Shown here: positions 26,653-36,509 of the stretch, piece by piece
Layout: the number at the start of each line of letters is the position of its first letter
Position numbering within the stretch: the first letter of the stretch is position 1
IMG/VR virus record: IMGVR_UViG_3300020048_000035
DNA from: an uncultured virus (IMG/VR IMGVR_UViG_3300020048_000035)
Taxonomy: Duplodnaviria; Heunggongvirae; Uroviricota; Caudoviricetes
DNA: 64,000 nucleotides
Strand: one strand, 5' to 3'
Position numbers and translations under genes: made by a program
Notes under the pieces: model-generated
Told to the model about the DNA's origin: nothing
Seen by the model: the letters and a program-made list of their open reading frames with translations, nothing else
The model's database searches: none

Positions 26653-26794
26653 GCGGTATCATGGTTGGTATGTAGTCATGCTGTACAATAGTGCCGGACA
26701 GTTACTTGACAAGATGCGCTGCGATACCTATCGTGGCGGACTAGAGTACCTACGAGCGTTTAACAAGATTGCCAAGAACCTAGGACAACCATGA
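26609..26794 (+). CDS. hypothetical early protein
   Basis: coupled ORF. Confidence 0.6.
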   Translation: MKVKEQKNGAWTTFERYHGWYVVMLYNSAGQLLDKMRCDTYRGGLEYLRAFNKIAKNLGQP

Positions 26795-27003
26795 AAGCAT
26801 ATGTTCAAACTACCCTGATCCAAGAGATTGAAGTGCCGGAGGGCAGTACTCAGAATGATGTACTGAACTTCTTGGCAGTGTATCAATCATTCCGCGATGA
26901 GTTCGTTGACATCAGTGATGAGAACCAACAGTACCGAATTACAGATGTTAATGTTACCCTCGAAGATGTTATAGAACTGGGTGACGAGTGCTTTGACGCT
27001 TGA
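26791..27003 (+). CDS. hypothetical early protein
   Basis: coupled ORF. Confidence 0.7.
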   Translation: MKAYVQTTLIQEIEVPEGSTQNDVLNFLAVYQSFRDEFVDISDENQQYRITDVNVTLEDVIELGDECFDA

Positions 27004-27008
27004 CTTTA

Positions 27009-27116
27009 GAATCTCATGTTAGAAACGAGATTTTGGAATCTCGAAGTTGAAATGAAATTCCGGAATCTCGCGTGTGCATTTCGCGTGTGCATTTCGCACC
27101 CGCATTTCGCGCACAC
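27009..27116. repeat. 13-bp ATTTCGC tandem repeat array 2
   Basis: four clear units 27065-27116, preceded by degenerate GAATCTC units. Confidence 0.9.
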
Positions 27117-27189
27117 AACCCGTGTTGACACATCATACGCATACGCAGTATAATACACACACATACACATACACACATAGGAGTACATC

Positions 27190-27378
27190 ATGTACGAACC
27201 CAACGCACACCAACGATTACTACGAGTACAACAGTTGCTTACCCTAGCACACGAGATACTGTTTAGAGATGGACACTATGACTTGTCAACTGATCTGGCA
27301 AATGTTATGGATGATGTTAGTCTAGTGGCTGACGAGGTTGAGGCTGAAGTGTATGCTGAAGACGGGACTGTACAGTAA
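27190..27378 (+). CDS. hypothetical protein, paralog of the next ORF
   Basis: promoter 27125-27154; LL..AH.IL. Confidence 0.75.
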   Translation: MYEPNAHQRLLRVQQLLTLAHEILFRDGHYDLSTDLANVMDDVSLVADEVEAEVYAEDGTVQ

Positions 27379-27566
27379 TGTTACAGCATAGGATAGACCA
27401 GTTGACAGAAGTTAATGACTTGCTTTCCAAGGCTCATGGTATACTGTACTTGAATAGAATGACAGGACTGGCTGACGAAGTACTGAGTACTATAACCTCA
27501 GTGGCTCACGAGCTGTATGAAGCTGACTTAGTACAACGCTTCAACACAATGTATCCCAAGGAGTAA
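27378..27566 (+). CDS. hypothetical protein, paralog of the previous ORF
   Basis: LLSKAHGIL...VAHELYEA. Confidence 0.75.
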   Translation: MLQHRIDQLTEVNDLLSKAHGILYLNRMTGLADEVLSTITSVAHELYEADLVQRFNTMYPKE

Positions 27567-27568
27567 CA

Positions 27569-27748
27569 ATGTTTATAGACCTAGATATCATTTACCTAGT
27601 GTTGGTAGCACTAGTATCGGGGGCGGTAACATACATTGCCGGATACATTCATGGCGGTTATCATGAACGCCGAGACTGGAACAGCCTGATTAAAGAGGGT
27701 AGGCTACCACATCCTGTGGTAGAACCCGAGCGATTATGGAGATCGTGA
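27569..27748 (+). CDS. small membrane protein (59 aa, not in track)
   Basis: AAGGAG RBS; hydrophobic N-terminus. Confidence 0.65.
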   Translation: MFIDLDIIYLVLVALVSGAVTYIAGYIHGGYHERRDWNSLIKEGRLPHPVVEPERLWRS

Positions 27749-27948
27749 TGTACGGATTTTTCAAGAAGAACAAGCCCCCTTGTTTTGTGGTTGATCCAAA
27801 GATTCTTGGCGGTATCACCCACGCTAAGTTAAAGAAAGCTCATGCCGAGGGAGCGTTGATTGAACGCTACCATCCCTTGCTGGGCTGGGTTGTTGATTCG
27901 GTAGCACCTAGATGGTTTAATTTCTGCGAGTACCGCATTAAACAGTAA
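27748..27948 (+). CDS. hypothetical protein
   Basis: HAKL.KA.AEGA.IE...P.W...EYRIK. Confidence 0.65.
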   Translation: MYGFFKKNKPPCFVVDPKILGGITHAKLKKAHAEGALIERYHPLLGWVVDSVAPRWFNFCEYRIKQ

Positions 27949-28030
27949 ATTGTTCCACGTGGAACATCCCTTTATAGCCTAGCACATTCTCGGTGTCTGG
28001 GCTATAGGTGTTTACCCCTAGGGCGTAAAC

Positions 28031-28113
28031 GACGCCCACCCTCACCGTCCATCCCGAGTTTGGCTCATCGAATCCATGTATGTATTATAGCATGGTATTT
28101 TTATTTGTGTCAA
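28031..28113 (-). ncRNA. promoter plus conserved ~50-nt element, copy 3
   Basis: TTGACA-N18-TATAAT-N6-ATGGATTCGATGAGCCAAACTCGGGATGGACGGTGAGGGTGGGCGTC. Confidence 0.45.
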
Positions 28114-28194
28114 ACACAAATAATTTAAATAATTTGGCACAAGTAGAAAAAATGGGGTACACTATCATTTCTGTCACCCAACCAAGGAAATACC

Positions 28195-28407
28195 ATGTTG
28201 ACTACCCCCGAGCAGATCGCAGCATTCCAAATGGCTCAGTTGAGGACTATGATTAAGCTAGAGGCCAAGGGCATGAAACGCAACGGACGCAGTGCTACAA
28301 TGACTGCCAAGGAGTTGCTAGGTCTCAAGCGTACCGCAAGCCGTGAGATGGTACTGGCGCACGTTGAGGCTGAGTTGGCTAACCGCATGGCATTGATCGC
28401 AGCCTAG
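28195..28407 (+). CDS. hypothetical early protein
   Basis: AAGGA RBS. Confidence 0.8.
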   Translation: MLTTPEQIAAFQMAQLRTMIKLEAKGMKRNGRSATMTAKELLGLKRTASREMVLAHVEAELANRMALIAA

Positions 28408-28488
28408 CAATAAAACAGGGGCGGAATGCCCCTGTATCCCAAACCTGTGTTATACTATCAGTTCTGTACCAAACCACTGGAGATTGAG

Positions 28489-28860
28489 ATGACCGAAGAT
28501 ACCAAACCGTTACCGAATCAAATTCTGTCCGATGATGACGAGGAGTTTTTTGTGAACTACAAACACTGCTGCGGCGGTGATGGGGATCGTGAGATGCTGG
28601 CGGAGGGCATAGCCACCAACTGGCAGTGCGATTATCATGTGCCAATGCTGGATGCGTACTTACTGTGGCACTCGTCAAAAGTTACCGTGGAGAACCCAAT
28701 CCCCCGCAATGGCTTGTTCGCCGAAAAGACCCTCCCCGAGTTACAAGAGTACATTGAGCAGATGTCTTCAAAAGAGAAGGCACTGGCATACATGATCATG
28801 ACCTTGACCATGAACACTTGTCACCTGATGGTCAACGAGGCCATTGCCGAGGCATCATAA
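28489..28860 (+). CDS. hypothetical early protein (DAYxLW family)
   Basis: cassette upstream; DAYLLW. Confidence 0.7.
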   Translation: MTEDTKPLPNQILSDDDEEFFVNYKHCCGGDGDREMLAEGIATNWQCDYHVPMLDAYLLWHSSKVTVENPIPRNGLFAEKTLPELQEYIEQMSSKEKALAYMIMTLTMNTCHLMVNEAIAEAS

Positions 28861-28936
28861 GGAATAGGGGGAAACCCCTATTTGCGGTTTGATTGAATTT
28901 CATGCTATACTGTAGTCTCACTAATCAGGAGTTGTT

Positions 28937-29164
28937 ATGAAATACAGCAAAGTCGTTGATATTGGTAAGATGTCAGAAACCGAAATGCGTAAACTCCAGC
29001 GTGGTCAATGGGTTTACACAGACCAAGACCGTCCCTTGTGGCGTGGCAGGTTTTGGGGTGTTAAGCCAAGCGGCACAGTCGTTGTAGCTTGGCAAGGCAA
29101 TGCCAGTAAACAATCTAGCTATTGGGAATACCAATCGGCACTCCTGAACTACGCAAAGGCTTAA
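28937..29164 (+). CDS. hypothetical early protein
   Basis: cassette upstream. Confidence 0.8.
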   Translation: MKYSKVVDIGKMSETEMRKLQRGQWVYTDQDRPLWRGRFWGVKPSGTVVVAWQGNASKQSSYWEYQSALLNYAKA

Positions 29165-29298
29165 TCTTCTAGACAGATACTAAACCCCGAGGAGAACTTG
29201 GGGGGCGGTACTGCCTACAGTGGAGACTATCATGTGAATCACCGAAGTTCCTAATCTGTGCTATACTATCAGTTCTGTACCAAACCCTAGGAGTTATC

Positions 29299-29763
29299 GT
29301 GAATATCACCGTAAAGAATGTCAAGCACTATCCTAGCATGAGCGAGGAAACCCTTTGCTTTGAGGCTATCATCTACATCAACGGCAAGTCAGCGGGTGGA
29401 GTCAGTAACAGGGGTTATGGCGGGTGTAACAGCTATGACAATCACACAACCGAGGCAACTCTAAACGCTTATGCTAAGACTTTGCCAAAGTTTCAGAGTG
29501 TCGTAACTGACCCTACCACAAACCTGCCTATGATGCTAGAGCAGGACGCTGATATGTTGATTAGTGATCTAGTCAACCGTTGGTTGTCTGCCCGTGATCT
29601 GAAGCGAGCATTGAAGAAGAAAATCGTGTTTGTCGGCGACAACAACAGGCTGATGGAACTGACTCCATTGACCTTTGCCAATCTGACAAAGATGAGGCAT
29701 AAGCAGGTGCTAAACTCCATGCCGTTTGATGATGCGTTAGCCCTGTATCTAGGCATGGCATAG
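29299..29763 (+). CDS. phage hypothetical protein
   Basis: SEETLCFEA.IY.NGK..G.V.N.G.GG. Confidence 0.8.
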   Translation: MNITVKNVKHYPSMSEETLCFEAIIYINGKSAGGVSNRGYGGCNSYDNHTTEATLNAYAKTLPKFQSVVTDPTTNLPMMLEQDADMLISDLVNRWLSARDLKRALKKKIVFVGDNNRLMELTPLTFANLTKMRHKQVLNSMPFDDALALYLGMA

Positions 29764-29837
29764 GGAATGGGGGGCAACCCCCATTTGACATTGAAATAAC
29801 TTGTGGGTTATACTGTAGTCCCTACTAAGGAGTTACC

Positions 29838-30065
29838 ATGAATCCCGATCTAACCTTACTACCCCAAGTCCACCTAGCCATGATGAAGTACACGCTGGAT
29901 GGACAGGACATTGATGATGTTGATGCTGACCAAGTGGCTGAGATGGTGCGTGGAGTTTACTCCACAGAGGCCGCTGCCAAGGCGTATGTCAAGAAAATGA
30001 ATGCCCATCATAAAGGCCAAGAGGATGTTCATTTTCATGTTAGAATGCATTTCATTCAAAACTAG
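29838..30065 (+). CDS. hypothetical early protein
   Basis: own promoter and RBS. Confidence 0.75.
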   Translation: MNPDLTLLPQVHLAMMKYTLDGQDIDDVDADQVAEMVRGVYSTEAAAKAYVKKMNAHHKGQEDVHFHVRMHFIQN

Positions 30066-30073
30066 GAGTTAAG

Positions 30074-30283
30074 ATGAAACGGATTATCGCAAGTGAGAAG
30101 TCCCTGACCTACAAGGGTGACACGGACTATGCCCTGCTGCTGGTCAACGAGACACGCAAGGCATACGCTATCGCTGGCATGGATATGCCCAAGATGCTGA
30201 CTGACTTCATTTTTAACATTGAGGTAGAGTTACAGTACGCTGGTGTACTGGATGATAACTTTGACCCAATACTACCTGTTTGA
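30074..30283 (+). CDS. hypothetical early protein
   Basis: AGGAG RBS. Confidence 0.75.
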   Translation: MKRIIASEKSLTYKGDTDYALLLVNETRKAYAIAGMDMPKMLTDFIFNIEVELQYAGVLDDNFDPILPV

Positions 30284-30340
30284 CAACTAACAGAACTGTC
30301 GGTTATACTGGCAGTTCTGTATCCAACTAGGAGTTAAGAG

Positions 30341-30526
30341 ATGAAGAAATATTCAATAACCATTCAGGCAATCATTGAAAAGACTTTTTTAATTGAGGCC
30401 GAAGACGCAACCAAAGCGTATTTGGAAGCGCATGACTTATTCAATCCTTACTCGGGCGAGGCAGAAGTTTTACACGAAACAAATACATTGACGATTGTAG
30501 AATGTTCTTTAACACCTGTTATTTAA
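30341..30526 (+). CDS. small protein (VEAE family, DpnD/PcfM-like)
   Basis: KKYSITI...F.IEAED...A. Confidence 0.7.
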   Translation: MKKYSITIQAIIEKTFLIEAEDATKAYLEAHDLFNPYSGEAEVLHETNTLTIVECSLTPVI

Positions 30527-30574
30527 ATTCTATGCTATACTGAGAGTTCTAAGCAAACAACCAAGGGGAAGTAA

Positions 30575-30913
30575 ATGGGACAGTATCACCAAGTTTACAA
30601 CACTACCAAGAAAGAGTTCGTGTGTGGGCATGACCTAGACAATGGTCTAAAGCTGGTAGAACAGGTAGCATGGAGTGGTAGTACCTCTACTGCCTTGTTT
30701 GCCTTGCTGGCTAACAGTAATGGCCGAGGAGGCGGTGATTTTCCAGAACATGATTACATTGGTCGCTGGGCAGGGGATAACATTGTGATTCAGGGTGATT
30801 ATGCTCAAGAGGGTGATCAGGCGTATATTCCCGAGGCTGAACTAGAATCATATGCCAACATCTCGGAACCTGTGCTAGAGATGCTGAAATTAATCGTTAT
30901 CAAGATCGGTTGA
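30575..30913 (+). CDS. phage hypothetical protein
   Basis: MGQY...GLKL.E...GRGGGD...GRWAGD.IV..GDY. Confidence 0.8.
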   Translation: MGQYHQVYNTTKKEFVCGHDLDNGLKLVEQVAWSGSTSTALFALLANSNGRGGGDFPEHDYIGRWAGDNIVIQGDYAQEGDQAYIPEAELESYANISEPVLEMLKLIVIKIG

Positions 30914-30966
30914 CAACCAACAGAACTGCGGGTTATACTGGCAGTTCTTTATCCACAGGAGTTATC

Positions 30967-31212
30967 ATGAGTTTCTACACAGTTGCTATCATAACTAAGT
31001 TCTACAAGTACATTCAGGTGGAGGCTGAGGATCAGGATCAAGCTGAGGAAAGGGTCTGGAATTGGTGCGATAACAATGATGCTATGTACATGGCTGATGT
31101 TGAGTCTGAACTGTACGTTGATCTTGAGAGTGATGAACCCAACCCAGACTTGCCTGTGACTGATCATGAAGAGAATCAGGATAATGGTGAAGAACAGGAG
31201 GAGTCAAAATGA
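30967..31212 (+). CDS. small acidic protein (VEAE family)
   Basis: YIQVEAEDQDQAEE; own promoter. Confidence 0.7.
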   Translation: MSFYTVAIITKFYKYIQVEAEDQDQAEERVWNWCDNNDAMYMADVESELYVDLESDEPNPDLPVTDHEENQDNGEEQEESK

Positions 31213-31416
31213 AAGTAACCATTGATGTTGAGGCTATTGCCAAACGGGCTGCTGAGTATCAGGAAAACAATGATGATATTAGCTATCCGTTTTGGATGGC
31301 GTTCCGTGATATGTATCCCCAAGCAGGGGATGCGGCATGGGCTGTACTGATAACCAACACCATACCAAAAAATTAAAATCATGCTATACTCTGTGTTCTC
31401 TATTAAAGGAATCAAC

Positions 31417-31611
31417 ATGACCTTATATTTGTGTAGTGGCTACTGGAAGGGCAATCCAACCGATACTTTTGAATGGAGGATTATCTCTGATGGCACTTGG
31501 AATGGCAAGGCAGACTGGTATGATGAAAAGATTTTCTTCTACACCAATGGCAAGCCTGTGATTGGTGATCAGGGTGATTTCGTTATCACCGAAGCCGAGG
31601 TATGGGATTAA
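31417..31611 (+). CDS. hypothetical early protein
   Basis: AAGGA RBS. Confidence 0.7.
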   Translation: MTLYLCSGYWKGNPTDTFEWRIISDGTWNGKADWYDEKIFFYTNGKPVIGDQGDFVITEAEVWD

Positions 31612-31805
31612 CTATGCTAATTGATTTTACTGAGTCAGATGATGATATGATCCAGCGACAGGCAACAGCAGCAGTAGCCTGTGGTGACTTCACTAACTGG
31701 GATCATGCCTATGAAACCCTGTGGAATAGTTTTGAGTGTGAATTGACACAAGATTAAATTATCGGTTATACTATCAGTTCTGTAGCAAACAACCTAGGAG
31801 TTATC

Positions 31806-32006
31806 ATGACAATGGAAGCCCTCTACCCCACCAAGAAAGCCCTGAAAGAATCGGTGGGCAAACGCCTGAAGTATAAAGAAACCAGTATGTTTGGTGCTCA
31901 GTACAAGAGCAATGGTACTATTACTGTTGCGGATGGTTTCACAGGCAAGCGCAAGTGGTTTGCCTCAGTCACAATGAAGGATGACCTGATTCACAAGGTA
32001 TCATAA
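31806..32006 (+). CDS. phage hypothetical protein
   Basis: YPTKKALKE.VG..L.Y.ETSMFG...WFA.V. Confidence 0.8.
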   Translation: MTMEALYPTKKALKESVGKRLKYKETSMFGAQYKSNGTITVADGFTGKRKWFASVTMKDDLIHKVS

Positions 32007-32261
32007 GGACAGGGGGCGAAAGCCCCTTGTTCGCCATTTAAATTTCATGCTATACTGTCAGTTCTGAGCAAAACCAACCGGAGTTATCATGGAAGATGAT
32101 TTTGACGCCCACTTTTATCCTGATGTAACCGACTATAGTGATGACGGTTATCCCTACGATTACCCCCAAGAGTATTGGGAGTGGAGACATGATATTCAGG
32201 ACGAGTACGAGGACTGCGGTGATGTTTCCGGCTGCGAACCCTATGATAATGAGGAGTTTTA

Positions 32262-32456
32262 ATGAACAAGGATGACGCGGCCTTTCTTCGGGCATACACC
32301 AACAGCTTTGGGGGCAACCCCAATGATCTGGTCAACCTAGAGAAATGGTTGACACAGGGCTGGGGAGAAGATTATAATATAGCCATGCGTGATGCCTACA
32401 ACCTGTGGCAAGACGCCAGAGATTACTTTAAAGGAAAGAACCATGAACAAAGATAA
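32262..32456 (+). CDS. hypothetical early protein (DAYxLW family)
   Basis: DAYNLWQDA. Confidence 0.75.
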   Translation: MNKDDAAFLRAYTNSFGGNPNDLVNLEKWLTQGWGEDYNIAMRDAYNLWQDARDYFKGKNHEQR

Positions 32457-32649
32457 ACTCAATACCTTTTATGACCTGTATGTACAGCACTTTGGTGAGG
32501 ATGCTATTGGCCTCATTGATCTAGAAAACGCTATTGTCACAGGAGATTACTCCAAGATCAATTCTATGATGGTCAGTGCGTTTGAACTGTGGCAAGACGC
32601 AGCCAAGGATGCCGCTGAAATAATTAAAAATATTAGTAAAGCTGTTTGA
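32443..32649 (+). CDS. hypothetical early protein (DAYxLW family)
   Basis: MNKD...SAFELWQDA; tandem paralog of the previous ORF. Confidence 0.75.
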   Translation: MNKDKLNTFYDLYVQHFGEDAIGLIDLENAIVTGDYSKINSMMVSAFELWQDAAKDAAEIIKNISKAV

Positions 32650-32706
32650 CATTAAATTAATTTCGAGTGTATAATCTCTTTACGGTAAACCCAACGGAGA
32701 AATACC

Positions 32707-33030
32707 ATGATCACCAAGACCTTAATCGTAGAGCTTCTTCAAAATAACGACAAAGCAGTAGGTCGTGCCCTAGTAGCCCTGTATGCTCGTCAGACCGAAA
32801 GTGAGAAGTGTACCGAGGCTACACTCAACAACAACGGCGAGGGTTTTACTCCGGCAGACGCATTTATTGGCGGTAGTATGGCGAAGTTTTTTTCGGATCG
32901 TGGCTACCTGACCACAAAGCAGTTGGAGTACTGGCGTAAGCCGAACGCAAAAGGCACTCCGAGAATTTGTAAGTATGCAGGGCAGTTATTACTGGTTGCC
33001 GAGGCAAAGGCAAAAGCGGTGGCAGTATAA
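32707..33030 (+). CDS. phage hypothetical protein
   Basis: AV.RAL..LY.RQT...NG.GF..ADA. Confidence 0.8.
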   Translation: MITKTLIVELLQNNDKAVGRALVALYARQTESEKCTEATLNNNGEGFTPADAFIGGSMAKFFSDRGYLTTKQLEYWRKPNAKGTPRICKYAGQLLLVAEAKAKAVAV

Positions 33031-33116
33031 CGGTGGGGGGCAACCCCCATTTGCTTTTAATTTAAATACCGTGTTATACTATCAGTTCTGTAGCAAACAA
33101 CCACCGGAGCAACACC

Positions 33117-33389
33117 ATGAAATTACTGATCCAAACCCAAGCGTCTGATAACGGCAATCATATCAGTAAAGACTACTCATATGCGCTTGGCAAGCATGGC
33201 CGCAGCGAGGAAGCCCTGACAGAACTGGTAATGGCTCTCCGCACTAAGATTGATAGCAAAGAGCATATCGTTGGTTGGTACATGGTGGAGGATAACTACC
33301 TCACCGACTTTGAAAAGAGCCAGTTGAAGTACGATGGCATTGTTAAGTACCCAACCCGTGTTTTAACCCTAGGAGAAGTCAATGTCTGA
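33117..33389 (+). CDS. hypothetical early protein
   Basis: cassette upstream. Confidence 0.75.
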   Translation: MKLLIQTQASDNGNHISKDYSYALGKHGRSEEALTELVMALRTKIDSKEHIVGWYMVEDNYLTDFEKSQLKYDGIVKYPTRVLTLGEVNV

Positions 33390-33618
33390 TGTAAACTTGT
33401 TGGACGGGGACTATGTCCTCACAGATGGTGCGGCATGGTTCAAGGTAAAGAACTTCTCAATCCGCATCCAATCAACCGATGAGGGTGTTGTTGTTGATCT
33501 GTACCCTTACCTAGGGGTGATGGAAGAACCTGTTGCTAGTTGTTGGGCACTTGACAGTGAGGTAGAACCGGAGGATAATAGCAGTGAGTTAAGTCCGTTT
33601 AACACTATTAATTCTTGA
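33382..33618 (+). CDS. hypothetical early protein
   Basis: AGGAG RBS. Confidence 0.7.
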   Translation: MSDVNLLDGDYVLTDGAAWFKVKNFSIRIQSTDEGVVVDLYPYLGVMEEPVASCWALDSEVEPEDNSSELSPFNTINS

Positions 33619-34278
33619 ACGATTTCTATTTGCCTCACTAATTTTAGCGCGGCGCTCTGGAGTCATACTAGCTTTAATTGCTGCGCTTAGTTTGGCACGG
33701 TGTTCCGGTGAAAAAGTGCGGCCTTTTTTTGCCGCACTAATTTTGGCACGGGTTTCCGGTGAGTGGATGAGGCCTTTCCTTTTCTCACTCACTTTCCTTG
33801 CCTCACTCATTTTGGCGAAAGTCTCGGGTGAGATGCCTCGTTTTTTAGCAGACTCACTCATTTTAGAGCGGGTTTTAGGTGAGCGGACGCTGCCTTTCCT
33901 TGCCTCACTCATTTTGGCACGAGTTTCAGGTGAGAAGGTTCGGCCTTTATGTGCCTTACTCAGTTTGGCACGAGTTTCAGGTGATCGGGCAGCGCCACCA
34001 GCACTACCACCATCACCGCTTTCGGGTTTTAGGTTTGCCCATTCCGGTGATTCAACTACATTGTATAATTCACTGTAGTGTAATCCCCATTGTTTTACTT
34101 CTTCATTTGATTGACATTCTATTAGTATTTCAGTATAATGTTCTTTGCCATGTTTATTGAGATGGCGTAGCCAACGAACGCCTGAACCTTTGTAAAGGAA
34201 TGGGTCTTTAGTTGTTTTGCCTAGATACTTGAGTCCTGTTATTTTATGGGTCTTAATGTAAAGAGTGTAAATAGTCAT
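33589..34278 (-). CDS. GIY-YIG (Seg-like) homing endonuclease with NUMOD3 repeats
   Basis: paralog of 24670-25461. Confidence 0.85.
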   Translation of the reverse strand: MTIYTLYIKTHKITGLKYLGKTTKDPFLYKGSGVRWLRHLNKHGKEHYTEILIECQSNEEVKQWGLHYSELYNVVESPEWANLKPESGDGGSAGGAARSPETRAKLSKAHKGRTFSPETRAKMSEARKGSVRSPKTRSKMSESAKKRGISPETFAKMSEARKVSEKRKGLIHSPETRAKISAAKKGRTFSPEHRAKLSAAIKASMTPERRAKISEANRNRSRINSVKRT

Positions 34279-34416
34279 GCTGATGTTCTCCAGAACTTTA
34301 GAGTAGTTGGGATTCCCGTCCGCGAACTACATTTTTATTTATATAACATTCTTAGTTCCCGATTAATTCTGTGCTATACTATCAGTTCTGTAGCAAAAAC
34401 AACTAGGAGTTATATC

Positions 34417-34614
34417 ATGAGAAAGAAGTTTGTGTGCTATTGGGGGCAGGGTTATTCGCAACTAGGCGAGGCCGTTGTCATGCATGTGGAGTTCTTTGAC
34501 GGTAATGTTGGCTACAGCGATGAGGATATTGAGTTGCTAAACAACCTTGAGGTAGGAAAAGCAATCAACTTTAGCTGCGTCACCAGCGAGCATTTTGTCA
34601 TGAGGGTAGCATAA
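34417..34614 (+). CDS. hypothetical early protein
   Basis: cassette and AGGAG upstream. Confidence 0.7.
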   Translation: MRKKFVCYWGQGYSQLGEAVVMHVEFFDGNVGYSDEDIELLNNLEVGKAINFSCVTSEHFVMRVA

Positions 34615-34835
34615 TGTTAAAGAACTATGTAGTGCTGTATCGCATTGAAAGCATCATGTCACCGCTTGATGCTCCCTTTGGCTTCCAATGCCATGCCGAG
34701 GACTCAGACCACGCCGAGGAGCAGTGCCTGAACGCTTATGGCGATTGTGATGTAGTCTGGGTTCACCAGAGCGCCGAGGGTACAGGCATGACAGAAGCCC
34801 TAGATGAATACTGGAATCTGGGCATTGACAACTAA
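34614..34835 (+). CDS. phage hypothetical protein
   Basis: F.C.AED.DHAEEQC.NAY. Confidence 0.75.
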   Translation: MLKNYVVLYRIESIMSPLDAPFGFQCHAEDSDHAEEQCLNAYGDCDVVWVHQSAEGTGMTEALDEYWNLGIDN

Positions 34836-34878
34836 TTAGATTAGGGGCTATAATGCCCCTTATTCATTGGAGAACGAC

Positions 34879-35223
34879 ATGGTTGACCAAGAACTGTTAG
34901 AACTCGCGGCAAAGACTGCGGGATTGAACGTAAAGGCTCAGTCAGTAAACGCAGATGACCGTTGGATCGGTTTAATCGTTGGCAAAAAGCACACAAGAGA
35001 AAAGAAATTTTGGAACCCGCTAACCGATGACGGCGATGCTCTTCGGCTGGCGGTGAAATTTAAATTGCGGATTGAAATTAACGATTTGCTAGGTGATGCG
35101 CTTGTATCGGGTAAATTTTGTTACACTATTGAAAATCATAACGATGACTCCTACGCAGCAACACGCCGAGCAATCGTCAGAGCAGCGGCAGAGATTGGTA
35201 AGGCTATGGGAGAGCAAGTATGA
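34879..35223 (+). CDS. phage ABA-sandwich-like domain protein
   Basis: WNPLTDDGDALRLAV...ATRRAIVRAAAEIG. Confidence 0.7.
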   Translation: MVDQELLELAAKTAGLNVKAQSVNADDRWIGLIVGKKHTREKKFWNPLTDDGDALRLAVKFKLRIEINDLLGDALVSGKFCYTIENHNDDSYAATRRAIVRAAAEIGKAMGEQV

Positions 35224-35347
35224 GTTATATCGTATGGGTTGGGGGCGTGGCGGTGTTTGAAGGTGATGAAGCCAAGCTTGCACGCAAGATTTTTAACGAG
35301 TGGGTAGCCAAAGGCTATGATGATGTAGCCTTAGAAAAGGTGCCAGC

Positions 35348-35605
35348 ATGAGCGGGATTTGTCCAAGGACGCCTGCTCATTTGGCGAGATTAGAAAGGTA
35401 TGGTATTATATCTACACCTGTTAGTCCCCGTCACCTTATGTCAATACGAGCGTCTGCTCAAGGAGTCAGTATGAACGATATCATACGCAATACGCCCTAC
35501 GCATTCTCATGGCTTAGTACCAAGCAAGTGTGCCAACGCTGGTCGGCATACTACGCCGCAATCAACTGGGAGAACCACAATGCCCCGCCATACAACAATC
35601 TATAG
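35348..35605 (+). CDS. hypothetical protein
   Basis: ORF with AAGG RBS. Confidence 0.55.
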   Translation: MSGICPRTPAHLARLERYGIISTPVSPRHLMSIRASAQGVSMNDIIRNTPYAFSWLSTKQVCQRWSAYYAAINWENHNAPPYNNL

Positions 35606-35849
35606 TGTAGTAACTGAATATCCGCCGATGGATAACCTCCCGACATTGATAGACGGAAAATACATTATCTTTCAAAGTAGGAATTTTTTAACGGCTCGCA
35701 AGGAATGTATTGAGTGGGCTGCATACGATGATATATTCGTGGAAGTACACAAGGGACATGACGGTTCTAACTCTGGTTACATTAAGTTTTCTTGCGATGG
35801 TGTAAGAGAAGCAGATAGACGCTATCCCAAAACATCAGCGAATGTTTGA
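35580..35849 (+). CDS. hypothetical protein
   Basis: GGAG RBS. Confidence 0.65.
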   Translation: MPRHTTIYSVVTEYPPMDNLPTLIDGKYIIFQSRNFLTARKECIEWAAYDDIFVEVHKGHDGSNSGYIKFSCDGVREADRRYPKTSANV

Positions 35850-36113
35850 CCCTGTTTAAATTCTCTGTTACAATAAGTTTTTATCAACCAAGGAGCAGGC
35901 CATGAGTTTTATGCGAGAAGCAGTCCGCGAGTGGGTTTGGATTGTAGGACAGGATCGTTCAGACCAGCAATGGATTCTGTCTGATTATGATACATGGGAA
36001 CGCAATCCACATTACACAGGTGCTGATCAAGGTCATCCTGAGGATTATTGTGAGGATGAAGAGTAACCAAAACTGTGGTACAATAAGTTTTTTATCAACC
36101 CAAGGAGTATATC

Positions 36114-36323
36114 ATGTCGAAGTTCTATTCACCACGAGATCACGAGGCAATGGTTCAAGCCTATATGTCTAATGGTTGGACACGTGCAGCAGCCGTGCGG
36201 CAAGTTGACGGAGAGGAAGCACAAACCATCAAAGAAAACAATGAATGGCTAGACTCGCTTGACAACGAGGTTGACGATGAGTTGCCAAGCGAAGCCTACT
36301 ACATCAACGGTGATCTATCATGA
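36114..36323 (+). CDS. hypothetical early protein
   Basis: AAGGAG RBS. Confidence 0.75.
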   Translation: MSKFYSPRDHEAMVQAYMSNGWTRAAAVRQVDGEEAQTIKENNEWLDSLDNEVDDELPSEAYYINGDLS

Positions 36324-36509
36324 TCACTCATGTCAATGTCACCTACACTGCCTATGAGAAGGGTACTAACATCGTCATATCAGAGGGTGTTTATCCTGTT
36401 GCTGGTAGCAACGCATGGGTGGCAGAGAACACCGTCAAGGCTGTATTCTCGGGCCTAGACGTTGTTATCCGAGGGTCAAACTTCGTTAGAGACTAGAGGC
36501 CAACCGCTG

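Noticed and set aside
24851..34078. Plus-strand ORFs 24851-25183 and 33692-34078
   Set aside because: They are antisense shadows of the NUMOD3 repeats.
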